DNA of 42,767 bases, from the NCBI GenBank assembly GCA_030668825.1, contig DAOVET010000015.1, forward strand, positions 1 to 42,767. The letters are read 5' to 3'. Made by a program: the position numbers and the translations under genes. The notes below the pieces were generated by a model. The model was not told where the DNA came from. It did no database searches and saw only the letters and a program-made list of their open reading frames with translations. The DNA comes from Candidatus Heimdallarchaeota archaeon. Its GTDB lineage: Archaea > Asgardarchaeota > Heimdallarchaeia > Heimdallarchaeales > Heimdallarchaeaceae. Position 1 is the stretch's first letter, and every line of letters starts with the position of its first letter. Below, piece by piece: positions 1 through 9,450 of this stretch.

Positions 1-42
1 GTTATCTATAACCAGCGGTTTATTTTGAATCATCTCTTCCAT
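1..42 (-). CDS. 5' fragment of a probable actin-family (Asgard actin) gene, truncated by the window edge
   Basis: Manual translation from ATG at 42-40 gives MEEMIQNKPLVIDN, matching the actin phosphate-1 entry motif (LVxDNG). An SD-like GTGAT lies just upstream. Only 14 codons are visible. Confidence 0.65.
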   Translation of the reverse strand, partial: MEEMIQNKPLVIDN

Positions 43-268
43 AGATATCACTTTTACTTGTTTTTATTGAATCCAAATTTCGTCTTGGTCTTATGGATTC
101 ATAACCTTGAAGTATATATTAAATGTTTTGATAGTATTAGCCTAAATGACATGAACACTATCGTAGCTTTTATAAACAAAATTCAAAGTTCTACGTCGTT
201 ACAACTGCTAACTACATCTAGAAAAAATGATTGTTCTTCTGAAAGCCTTTGTTATATCAGTTTTTGGA

Positions 269-1261
269 CTACAGACTGCCATAGTACAGCAGATTTTCCC
301 TAATCTCCTTTTCGCTAAAACCTGCACTAATTCCGACAATAATTCTGATTATATCCATTGTCTCAGCGAGCTTCAATTCAAAGAAACCAATTAATGCATC
401 CATTTGCAGAACTGTTCCATAACGGAATGTCTTTTTCCAGTAATTTAATAAGTATCTCTCAACTGCAAATTCCAAATCATGTAATGGAACTTCTTTAACA
501 CCAATATATTTAGAAAAGACTGTTCGATAAGGAGCATAGTTATATGTTTCTAGAACTTCTTGAATACTTGTTGCCTTCAATCCCTTTACAGTGAATTTAT
601 TGCGTTGGATGAATCTATATGCAGGTACGTTTAGAGCTATACAGCGGCATAAAGCTAAGATGTTTTTCATATTAACATATGTTTCATAATGCTTTGATAC
701 TTTAGGTAGCATACTATAGATATGTTGATCTATTGCAGATTCTAGGGGAGTAAATCTTCCAGTTGCTTTAAATTCTTCATTTGCTAATTTGAGGTCTTCT
801 CGCAGAGTCTGATTATCTTGGTTAACAATTATTTCTTCAATTGACTTATTAAGTAATTTCGAATAATAATCGATTGAATAATCAGCAACTGGAACCAAAC
901 GGGATAAAATCTCTTCCTGCTTCATTTCTCTATTTATGCCTTGAAATATTATACGAAGATTTTCAACGTGATATCTCTCACTGTAATTTCTAATTTTCTT
1001 CTTAACTGAGGATCCTGACTGTTTGTAGAATTTAGTCAATAATTCAGAATAAGAATTTTTAAGATTTCTAGCTACATCAGAAATCTGTGTTTCAAAATTA
1101 AGGTCTCCAATAATGCTGTTATAGGCTGTTTGAGTAAAGGCAGCTCTTAATTCTTTAAGATTCTTAGAAGATAAAAGCAAGCTTATTTGTGATTTGGTTA
1201 AGAAGTTACTAACAGCCCCATGCGCTCTACCTAGTAAATAACTGATATCTCCAAGTGACAT
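269..1261 (-). CDS. atpC: A/V-type ATP synthase subunit C (homologue of eukaryotic V0 subunit d)
   Basis: YLLGRAHG N-terminus, ENLRIIFQG, LESAID and ETMDIIRII motifs; ~330 aa. ATG at 1261 lies immediately after the subunit I stop. Confidence 0.85.
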   Translation of the reverse strand: MSLGDISYLLGRAHGAVSNFLTKSQISLLLSSKNLKELRAAFTQTAYNSIIGDLNFETQISDVARNLKNSYSELLTKFYKQSGSSVKKKIRNYSERYHVENLRIIFQGINREMKQEEILSRLVPVADYSIDYYSKLLNKSIEEIIVNQDNQTLREDLKLANEEFKATGRFTPLESAIDQHIYSMLPKVSKHYETYVNMKNILALCRCIALNVPAYRFIQRNKFTVKGLKATSIQEVLETYNYAPYRTVFSKYIGVKEVPLHDLEFAVERYLLNYWKKTFRYGTVLQMDALIGFFELKLAETMDIIRIIVGISAGFSEKEIRENLLYYGSL

Positions 1262-1262
1262 T

Positions 1263-4200
1263 TTAACTACCTTTTTGCCTGACAAAATTGATTGAAACAA
1301 GTTTTTCTTTTAAGGGAAGGAATTCTTTACCATCCCCAGAATAGAACTTAGAGAACCATTCAACCCAGTGAAGCCTTAGTGTGTTAAGGAATGATAATAA
1401 TCCTTCTATTGGTAATATTATGAATACTGCCAATAGAATTCCTACGACCCACCATATCCAAGAGATACTAAGAGCTGAAACATAATGCCCATGTATTAAT
1501 CCTCCTGCAAAGTGTGACAAATCAATATGCGCTACGTCTAGGAATACCCCTGAAAATGTTGATACGCCTGCTACTAAATCCACCCCAGTTAAAGTAAATG
1601 GTAATCCACTTAAGATTGCATGAACAAGCAAGAGTGCCATAATTCGGCTGAATGAAAGTGTGTTTGATATTAGTGCAATAATGTGGTCAATTGCATCCAT
1701 AATTCCATCAGACTTAGCATGAAGATACTCTAAAACAAACAATACTGGGACTAGTCCGACCAGATATACAAACGCAGATGGTAACTGTTTAAGTGTAAAA
1801 TGAAATGCCTGCCAATATATTCCGTTCACTCCTACAATGATATTGTAAAGCATGGTAAAAATACCTACATAAATTATAGATAATGAAAGAGGAGCGCCCC
1901 AAGATGCAAATCCGTGACCATATCTCACGTTTTGATAAACTTTCAATAATATTCCTAATTGAATCATGAGAAATCCTAACATTAGAGCAACAATTAAGAT
2001 TAATTTTGTTTCATGTAGTGGATTGATTATAGGAATCCAGTTAATTCCTGCTTTGTGCATCAATTCAGGTATGAAATGTTCATCTCCTAGTAATGATCCA
2101 AAGAAGAACCCAAATATCGTTGCAGATAAACCGCAGAAAAGAAGTAGTTCCGCACCAGAATAAAGATATCCTGTAATCGATTCATCTGGCTCAATTTTAT
2201 TCTTCTTTTTCTTATATAGCAAGAATCCAGCTAATAATGACAATAAAATTCCATGTCCAATATCTGCAAACATGATACCAAATAAAAATGGAAATGTAAA
2301 CCTAACAATTGAATAAGGATCAACTTGTTTAGTGTTTGGTTGACCAATACCGCCTACAATTCCTCTTACTGCCCCAAATACTTTTCCTTGTTTTGTTATG
2401 GCGGGATTGACTAATGGAACATCTGGATTTTCAGTAATTTCCATCTCGAATGGTAAATCTTTCTTACTCTCATTCAGTTGATCTAAAACTGTTTTAGATG
2501 TCCAGCTCCATAGAACAATCTTTCCTTCGGATATTTGGCATAATTCAATGGTGTTTAATCGATTACTTTCAACATTAATTAGCTCTTCACAAGCAATCAA
2601 TTTGTATTTAACTTGATCTTTAATTTCTTGAAGTTCTTCTTCACTTTCCTTCAATTCTTTCTCAATTTCTTTCAAAGTGTCTTTCAATGAAACCTTTCTT
2701 TCAACCAGAGACAAATCGTAGTCTATTGCTTGGAAAGAATATTCATTTAAAACACGCAGAATGGAGTTTTCATACTCTTTTAAAGATAAAATTAAGATAT
2801 TCTTCTCATTTGAGCTTGAACTTGTAGGTTCAGAATCCCAGAATATAAGATTATTGTCTGTGACTTCTTTCAAAAAGAATTTCACAGATTTTAGGTTGGA
2901 TTTAGGAATAACTCCCAAGTAAGTTACAGTTTGGAAACCATCTTGAAGCAAAACTGCATCAATGCCTTTTTCTTTGAGACCTTCTTCAAAAGGAAGAGAT
3001 AATTTTACTTGATCCCGTTTCTTCAGGATTGCTTCGTGAGAATCAAAAGCCTTAATGATTTTCTCCTCATTTTCACGCAAGAAATTTTCTAAGAATGCCT
3101 TTGAGTGCCCATAATCATCAACAATATGATATTTCTCTGTATTCTGTTCCTTTGTATCCTTCATTTTGAGCATATTTAACAATCGATTAACTCTAGATTG
3201 ATATTGACTCAGTTCTTGTCTCAAACTATTGACCTTCTCTAGCGTATTTTCATCTAATGATCCAATTTTTACTGGATGGATTGCGTTAAGAGAGTAAATA
3301 TGAGAAATGAATTGACGAGATGAATCTTCTGGACTCTCTAATCTCACAAATAATGCTTTTTTTGCAAAAAGGAATCCTTCTCCACCCCCTCCAGAATGAG
3401 GGGGGTGAGGAATATAGCTGTCTATTTTGCTTTCTTCCTTATCAAATAGCTTTTTAATTAGTAATTCTTGCTCGATATCTCTTTCTTTTTTACGAGATAG
3501 CGGAACATCTTCCAGTATTACTATGGTACTATCTATTTGTAAAGAATCAATATTTTCAACAAGAACGGAGTAATTTTTAGATGCAACCCATCCCCATAAG
3601 GTAAAGTTTTTTGATGTAGTACGACCTCTTTCTTCCAATGTTAGAGTTTTGTGGGTTGCTTTGATGAGCGTTAGATGATACCTAGTTTTTTCTGCTAGTC
3701 CAGTTGATAACTGTCTAATGTCACCTTCTATTTTTTCAATATCTTGACTTACTTCAGAATGAAGTTTTTCTATTCTTGTTGTCTCTCTTATTTTTTCTAT
3801 GGATTTTAGAAGTTCAAGATCAAATTCTGTTTCATTGAAATAATTTTCTCTGAGAATCTCTCCTATTTGTTCTTTATAGTCAATCAAAGAAATACATATC
3901 ATTACATTTTTCTCACTATTGTCTGTAGGAGAACTCCAGAAAAACATCTGACCAGCTGTAACTTCACTTATGTAAAAACGAATAATTTCTTTATATTCAC
4001 TAGGAATCTCCCCTAAAACAGTGAAAGTTCTTGAGCTTGAAGATAATAGGTCGATTGAAAATTCATCATCCAAATTGCTTTGGAATTGTTTCAAAGATGA
4101 GAGAATTCTGTTCTCTTTCTTCAGTTTTTGTAATTCACTGGATTTTTCTATTATCTGATTTTCGTATTTTTCTAGAAAAACATCTAAACCCTTAATAATT

Positions 4201-4466
4201 TCATCATGATTTTTAATAAAGACTAAATCATCTTCTTTTAATGATGGAAGATCTTCCAATTGAATATTTAGAGCTTTGCTCAATCCCACTATTCTTTCCC
4301 ATCTGTCCTCCATAATGTCTTTAGTTGATTGTATTCTTGCTTGCTCTTTAGGACTTTGAGGGTCAACGATTATTTGTTCAAAGATATTAAGAGAAGATAT
4401 CTTTGTCAATAGTGTATTTGTATTTTTGACTGGTATCTGAACTTTTACTAGTTTAAACTTTGCCAT
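1263..4466 (-). CDS. atpI: A/V-type ATP synthase subunit I (eukaryotic subunit a) with a duplicated soluble N-terminal domain
   Basis: Membrane-domain motifs VDP..FPFLFGIMFADIGHG, NTLSFSRIMAL (essential Arg) and LRLHWVEWFSKFY. 1067 aa, with an internal repeat at aa ~1-323 and ~366-685. Confidence 0.93.
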   Translation of the reverse strand: MAKFKLVKVQIPVKNTNTLLTKISSLNIFEQIIVDPQSPKEQARIQSTKDIMEDRWERIVGLSKALNIQLEDLPSLKEDDLVFIKNHDEIIKGLDVFLEKYENQIIEKSSELQKLKKENRILSSLKQFQSNLDDEFSIDLLSSSSRTFTVLGEIPSEYKEIIRFYISEVTAGQMFFWSSPTDNSEKNVMICISLIDYKEQIGEILRENYFNETEFDLELLKSIEKIRETTRIEKLHSEVSQDIEKIEGDIRQLSTGLAEKTRYHLTLIKATHKTLTLEERGRTTSKNFTLWGWVASKNYSVLVENIDSLQIDSTIVILEDVPLSRKKERDIEQELLIKKLFDKEESKIDSYIPHPPHSGGGGEGFLFAKKALFVRLESPEDSSRQFISHIYSLNAIHPVKIGSLDENTLEKVNSLRQELSQYQSRVNRLLNMLKMKDTKEQNTEKYHIVDDYGHSKAFLENFLRENEEKIIKAFDSHEAILKKRDQVKLSLPFEEGLKEKGIDAVLLQDGFQTVTYLGVIPKSNLKSVKFFLKEVTDNNLIFWDSEPTSSSSNEKNILILSLKEYENSILRVLNEYSFQAIDYDLSLVERKVSLKDTLKEIEKELKESEEELQEIKDQVKYKLIACEELINVESNRLNTIELCQISEGKIVLWSWTSKTVLDQLNESKKDLPFEMEITENPDVPLVNPAITKQGKVFGAVRGIVGGIGQPNTKQVDPYSIVRFTFPFLFGIMFADIGHGILLSLLAGFLLYKKKKNKIEPDESITGYLYSGAELLLFCGLSATIFGFFFGSLLGDEHFIPELMHKAGINWIPIINPLHETKLILIVALMLGFLMIQLGILLKVYQNVRYGHGFASWGAPLSLSIIYVGIFTMLYNIIVGVNGIYWQAFHFTLKQLPSAFVYLVGLVPVLFVLEYLHAKSDGIMDAIDHIIALISNTLSFSRIMALLLVHAILSGLPFTLTGVDLVAGVSTFSGVFLDVAHIDLSHFAGGLIHGHYVSALSISWIWWVVGILLAVFIILPIEGLLSFLNTLRLHWVEWFSKFYSGDGKEFLPLKEKLVSINFVRQKGS

Positions 4467-4686
4467 TCATAAGCCACCGATACTCTAACTAATCACGATA
4501 GGAGATTTTGGGGAGATTTTAAAATCTTCCTCTCTGGCAGAATGGTCTATTAAAAAAATAGAATCAAACTTATTATCTGATAAGAGAGAACGAATAAACC
4601 AAGTTACTTTTCCATAGCCTGAAATAGCAAACTTCTTTCTAGTTATTATAAGCCTAGTAAAATAAAAAAAAGGAAAAAGAAATGGT

Positions 4687-5022
4687 TTATTTCTTTCTAA
4701 ATCTTCGCAATACTTCCAATGCTGCTAATCCTAGGAAGGACAGAAACACTAATGCTGTAATACCTGTTTCAGATGGGAAATTAGTCACTAATACTGTATA
4801 TCCCACATCCTCGCCATAACCAATTGCTACATCTAAATCATAGATGTATGGTTCAAGTGAATCATCGTAGCCAACTACTGAATCAGGGATTGTGACTGTA
4901 GCTGAAACACCAAGTCCACCAAGAATTTGATCAACAATGATTTCACGTGGACACGCGTGACTTATAGCTTTGCGTAGATATTTTGCTGCTAAAGGAGTAC
5001 CAAGAGGAGTTAGTTCACCAGT
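4687..5022 (-). pseudogene. C-terminal remnant of an OppA/DppA-type ABC solute-binding protein with membrane anchor
   Basis: Manual translation: TGELTPLGTPLAAKYLRKAISHACPREIIVDQILGGLG...YDDSLEPYIYDLDVA...ITALVFLSFLGLAALEVLRRFRKK*. No in-frame start codon between the upstream stop (5089-5091) and the homologous region. Confidence 0.7.
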
Positions 5023-5326
5023 TTTCCAATCATTAGATTGTTTTTTATTAATTTGCGAGGAATAATGTTTATTGTAATTATTGACATGCTATGATTTGAC
5101 AAAGTCGAAGTTCAAACATTAAAGGTGAATCTGTCGGATCCAGTAATAACCAGTAAACTAATTGTCTACTTCAAAGACTTGTATTCTAGTAAAAGATCAA
5201 GAAAAAATTATTGATCAATTTCTAACTTCTGAAAAAGAAGAGAAAAAGCTGCTAAGAGAAGATATTCTGATGAAATTTAGTAAACAATAGATTAAAATTC
5301 CAAAGATTTCCTCCCTAAATGAAAAA

Positions 5327-5713
5327 TTAAGGCCCCGATAATACTTCTATTGCTTCTGGAACATATCTTTTAATTACTTGCATAGCTAAACCTACATTAT
5401 GCAAATCTCTACTAGCACCAATCAAAATATATTCATCAGCACTTGCTAGTATTGTAAATCCTTCTTCACCACGAATTAAAACTTGTTCCAAATCTCCATG
5501 TGCTAGATTTCCACTTACCATTTTTCCAGTTGATAATATTGCAGAAGAAACCGCACTCAAGAGATCTGGATCTGTCCCCTTTTCAGAGAAGAAAGCAATT
5601 TTTATTCCTTCTGCATTAACAACTGCTAAAGCTTCTAAATCACACCCTAACGAGATTTGTTTTAATATTCTTACCAATTGTTTTTTTTGTGATACTGATA
5701 AATCAATAGACAT
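5327..5713 (-). CDS. Roadblock/LC7 (MglB/LAMTOR-like) domain protein
   Basis: AVVNAEG..IA, DLLSAVSSAILSTG, LxxGDLEQVLIRGEEG pattern; 128 aa. Confidence 0.88.
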   Translation of the reverse strand: MSIDLSVSQKKQLVRILKQISLGCDLEALAVVNAEGIKIAFFSEKGTDPDLLSAVSSAILSTGKMVSGNLAHGDLEQVLIRGEEGFTILASADEYILIGASRDLHNVGLAMQVIKRYVPEAIEVLSGP

Positions 5714-5900
5714 TTTTTGACACCTATTTCCTCTACTTATTTTTTACTATACTATTGCTATTAAAGTTATCCAAAGTGCGCAGAGAGAAGAGTTCGAATA
5801 ACAACATAATAATTACATTATGATTTATTGGAAAGAATTACCTATGAGAAAAATTGGTTTGGGATAAACATTTTTATTATGGAAGAAAATCAACTTTAAC

Positions 5901-7130
5901 ATGAAATTATTGTTTGTTGTAATGGATGGTCTGGGTGATCGTCCTATTTCAGAGCTTGGAGGACAAACTCCTCTTGAATATGCGAAGACTCCAAATATGG
6001 ATAAACTGGCATCACTTGGGATGAATGGACTATTACATGTAATAGCACCAGGGGTTACTCCAGGAAGTGATACGGCCCATCTAGCACTGTTTGGTGTAGA
6101 TCCTTATGAATACTATACAGGGAGAGGTCCATTTGAGGCTGCTGGAATCGGATTAGTTGTGAAGGAGGGTGATATCGCTTTCAGAACAAACTTTGCAACA
6201 ATAAACCCAGAAGGTGTAATTATTGATAGACGAGCTGGAAGAATTAGAGAAGGAACTGATCAACTTGCTAAACTCTTTGAAGGTTTGGAAATTGATGGCA
6301 TCGAAATTCTATTGGAAGCAGGGACAGAACACAGGGCTGCTTTGGTTTTAAGAGGTGATGGATTGTCCGACCAAGTCTCAGAAAATGATCCTCATGTTGA
6401 AAGAAAAGAACCTTTAGAATTCAAACCCCTTGATGAGTCACCCGAAGCAGAAAAAACTGCAAGGGTTCTAACTTCTTTTGTTATGAAGGCAAGAACAATA
6501 CTAAATAATGCAGAACTCAATAAAAAGAGGGTAGAAGAAGATTTACTTCCTGCAAACTATTTACTAATTCGAGGAGCAGGTAAAGTTCCAAAATTACCCA
6601 ACTTTGAGGAGGAGTACTGCTTGGAAACTGCTTGTGTAGCCGGTGGAGGTTTATACAAAGGTATTGGTCGAATGTTAGGTATGCATATAATTGATGATTC
6701 TCGAATGTCTGGGGGGACAACTACAGATTTATTAGCAAAATTTGAGATTGCTCATAACGCTCTAAATGATTATGATTTTGTTTTTACTCATGTTAAAGGA
6801 ACTGATAATTATTCGCATGATGGGAAGTATAAAGAAAAATCTGAATTCATTGAAAGAGTTGATAAGGAGTTGTTTAGGTTTTTACCAGAGAACTACGAAG
6901 GAGATCTTGTTGTAATGATAACTGGTGATCATAGTACCCCCTGTAGTTTTAAAGATCATTCTGCAGATCCAGTACCAATTTTAATCTATTCACCAGATTG
7001 TAGAAGAGATAAGGTAGAGAAGTTTGGCGAAAGCTATGCAGTAGATGGAAGCTTGGGTCATATATTAGGAAAGCACATTATGGGTATTGCATTAAATGAG
7101 ATGAGATTGGTGCGCAAATTTGGGGCTTGA
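5901..7130 (+). CDS. apgM: 2,3-bisphosphoglycerate-independent phosphoglycerate mutase, archaeal type
   Basis: [32 protein letters not shown] and TGDHSTP motifs. Confidence 0.95.
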   Translation: MKLLFVVMDGLGDRPISELGGQTPLEYAKTPNMDKLASLGMNGLLHVIAPGVTPGSDTAHLALFGVDPYEYYTGRGPFEAAGIGLVVKEGDIAFRTNFATINPEGVIIDRRAGRIREGTDQLAKLFEGLEIDGIEILLEAGTEHRAALVLRGDGLSDQVSENDPHVERKEPLEFKPLDESPEAEKTARVLTSFVMKARTILNNAELNKKRVEEDLLPANYLLIRGAGKVPKLPNFEEEYCLETACVAGGGLYKGIGRMLGMHIIDDSRMSGGTTTDLLAKFEIAHNALNDYDFVFTHVKGTDNYSHDGKYKEKSEFIERVDKELFRFLPENYEGDLVVMITGDHSTPCSFKDHSADPVPILIYSPDCRRDKVEKFGESYAVDGSLGHILGKHIMGIALNEMRLVRKFGA

Positions 7131-8103
7131 AACAGAAACACAAACGACCTTTTATCAAAGGTCTTTACCGTATTTGCAGTTATTTATTGCTATTATTTTT
7201 GTTTCATTCTCAGCAATCATTGTCGTATACCTAATTAAACTAGGAGTTCCTCCTGCTGTTACAGCTATGTATAGAACTTTTTTTGCAGGGATTGGCGCTT
7301 TAATACTCTCTCTTTACAAGAAAAGAATAAAATGGATTGGTGAAAAAACTACAATTAAAAGATATCATTGGATAGTTCTTTCTGGATTATTACTTGCAGT
7401 ACACTTTGCTACTTGGTTTATTTCCTTAGAATACGTTAACGTAGCTATATCTACAACTTTAGTAGATGCAGTTCCAATTTTCCTTGCCATTTTTGGTTTT
7501 ATATTTTTCAAGGAAAAAATAAATGCGATAGGAATCGTAGGTATAGGTATTGCTTTTACAGGTGGTGCGCTCCTTGCATTTTCTTCTCCAGTAGCTGAAA
7601 ATAGAAATTTGCTTTTAGGAATTATGTTCTCTCTTATTGGAGCTTTAACTGTAACATTTTATTTTCTAATAGGTAAGAAAATTCTCCAGGATTCACCTTT
7701 GTGGCCATATTTTGCTCTAGTAAACCTTGCATCTGCAATCTTTCTCTTATTTTATAATTTACTTGAAGGATATGAATTGTTTAGATATTCTGCAATTGTT
7801 TATCTTCTCTTTATTGTGTCTGCACTGGGGCCCTCTTTAATTGGTCACGCTACTTACAATTATACTTTAAAAAGACTACCTGCTTTTGTTGTAGGAGTAG
7901 CAATTTTGGGAGAACCAATTGGTGCCACTATACTTGGTGTTTTAATCTTCCCCCTAACTCAAACACCAGAATTAATAACTATCCTATTTGCATTAATTAT
8001 TCTTACAGGAATCGTATTAACGTCAGTTTCTCAATATATAAGTATTAAAAAATTTAGAAGAAAAAAGAAAAAAGAAGATGAATCAGATTCTATTCTCTCT
8101 TAG
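7120..8103 (+). CDS. DMT/EamA family transporter
   Basis: About 10 hydrophobic segments; HFATWFISL, IGH..YN and LGEPIGAT motifs. Confidence 0.9.
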   Translation: MGLETETQTTFYQRSLPYLQLFIAIIFVSFSAIIVVYLIKLGVPPAVTAMYRTFFAGIGALILSLYKKRIKWIGEKTTIKRYHWIVLSGLLLAVHFATWFISLEYVNVAISTTLVDAVPIFLAIFGFIFFKEKINAIGIVGIGIAFTGGALLAFSSPVAENRNLLLGIMFSLIGALTVTFYFLIGKKILQDSPLWPYFALVNLASAIFLLFYNLLEGYELFRYSAIVYLLFIVSALGPSLIGHATYNYTLKRLPAFVVGVAILGEPIGATILGVLIFPLTQTPELITILFALIILTGIVLTSVSQYISIKKFRRKKKKEDESDSILS

Positions 8104-9288
8104 TAGCTCATCTAATCTATTCATTGCAATGTCTATTTCTTCAAGAGTTGGTAAGTAGACCATTCTGAAACCATCATTTCCAAAAGGACCAAATCCCGAT
8201 CCAAATACTGTTAGAATGTGCTTCTTTCTAAGATAGTCAAAAACAAATTCCTTATCATTTTTCCATTTGAACTGGTCCATTGATATCATCGAAAAGATAT
8301 AAAATGCTGCTTCTGGTTTATTTACAACAATTCCATCCATTTCTGAAAGTCTATTGTAAATTAAATCTCTTCTTTCTTTTAGGATTTTAATAGTTTCTGG
8401 AAGATAAGAGCTCTGATCTTGTCTTAGAGCTTCAGCTCCTGCTTTTTGTAAAGGTGTTGAAGCACATAATCTAAGTCTAGTTAATTTATTTAACCCATCC
8501 CATGGTTCTTCTATTTTTCCCAAGGGATCATGAATATATGCATACGCTAAACGCCATCCTGGTGCAAGGAAAACTTTACTGAAGCCATTATAAGCTATCA
8601 CTGGAACATCTTTTGCCACTTCAGCTGTTGCAGTATGTTTCAGACCTTCATCCAGAACAAGTAAATCATATGTTTCATCTGAAACAATACATGCATCGTA
8701 TTCTCCAACTATGTCTACTATCTCTTTCAGCACTTTTTCAGGATATACTGAACCTGTGGGATTATTTGGTGTATTAAGAAATACTAATTTTGTTCTGTCG
8801 TTCATTAAAGATCGTATGTGATCTGGATCCGGATAATAGTTATCTTCAACTGCTGTCTTGTAATATTGCATATCATTTCCAAATATAGTACCGTTACCAG
8901 AGTAACTGGGATAATGAATCCCAGGAATTAGTATTCTATCTCCAGGATTAGTGAATGACATCAAAGTCATTTGAATACCTTCAGATACCCCAGCTGTTGC
9001 TATTACTTTATCAGCAGTAACCCCAACGTCATATTTTCTGTTTTCATAGTCAGCAATTGCTTCTCTAAATTCTAGAATTCCCCGAGAATCTGCATAATAG
9101 TTATAATTTTCCTCTTCGACATAACGAAGCGGTTCTGTCAAAATTTTAGGGGTTTTAAAACCATATTTTATTGGATCCCCAATATTAAGCTTAATGATTT
9201 TATGCCCTTTAGCTTCAACTTCATCTGCTGCAGCAATTACATCTCTAATTGCATAACTAAAACCTGCTGTACGGTCTGATATTTTCAT
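8083..9288 (-). CDS. PLP-dependent class I/II aminotransferase (alanine aminotransferase-like)
   Basis: YAIRD, LNIGDP, NTPNNPTG, SDETY and GFSK...PGWRL motifs. Confidence 0.9.
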   Translation of the reverse strand: MKISDRTAGFSYAIRDVIAAADEVEAKGHKIIKLNIGDPIKYGFKTPKILTEPLRYVEEENYNYYADSRGILEFREAIADYENRKYDVGVTADKVIATAGVSEGIQMTLMSFTNPGDRILIPGIHYPSYSGNGTIFGNDMQYYKTAVEDNYYPDPDHIRSLMNDRTKLVFLNTPNNPTGSVYPEKVLKEIVDIVGEYDACIVSDETYDLLVLDEGLKHTATAEVAKDVPVIAYNGFSKVFLAPGWRLAYAYIHDPLGKIEEPWDGLNKLTRLRLCASTPLQKAGAEALRQDQSSYLPETIKILKERRDLIYNRLSEMDGIVVNKPEAAFYIFSMISMDQFKWKNDKEFVFDYLRKKHILTVFGSGFGPFGNDGFRMVYLPTLEEIDIAMNRLDELLRENRI

Positions 9289-9450
9289 TTTTGATATCCT
9301 CTATGATTCTGATAAATCTTTGAAAAAATAAAATTATTGGTTTGAACTTATCGAATAGAAACATTAGAAATGATTCAATCTAGTTAAGCACTATTTCCCA
9401 GATATTACATCTATAAATAAAACAGAGTTATCAATTTCTACTAAATACTG

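Noticed and set aside
25-303. 92-aa plus-strand ORF
   Set aside because: Overlaps the probable actin start, its promoter region and the atpC end on the opposite strand; no protein-like features.
1262-1300. Extended N-terminus of subunit C in the ORF track
   Set aside because: Overlaps the atpI end; the ATG at 1261 directly after the atpI stop is more plausible.
3370-3420. G-rich SD-like stretch in the atpI linker as an internal start or split gene
   Set aside because: No in-frame start or stop codon nearby; it simply encodes a Gly linker.
5090-5290. Plus-strand coding-like text (KDQEKIIDQFLTSEKEEKKLLREDILMKF)
   Set aside because: Interrupted by stops, short and unrecognisable; possibly a decayed gene but unsupported.
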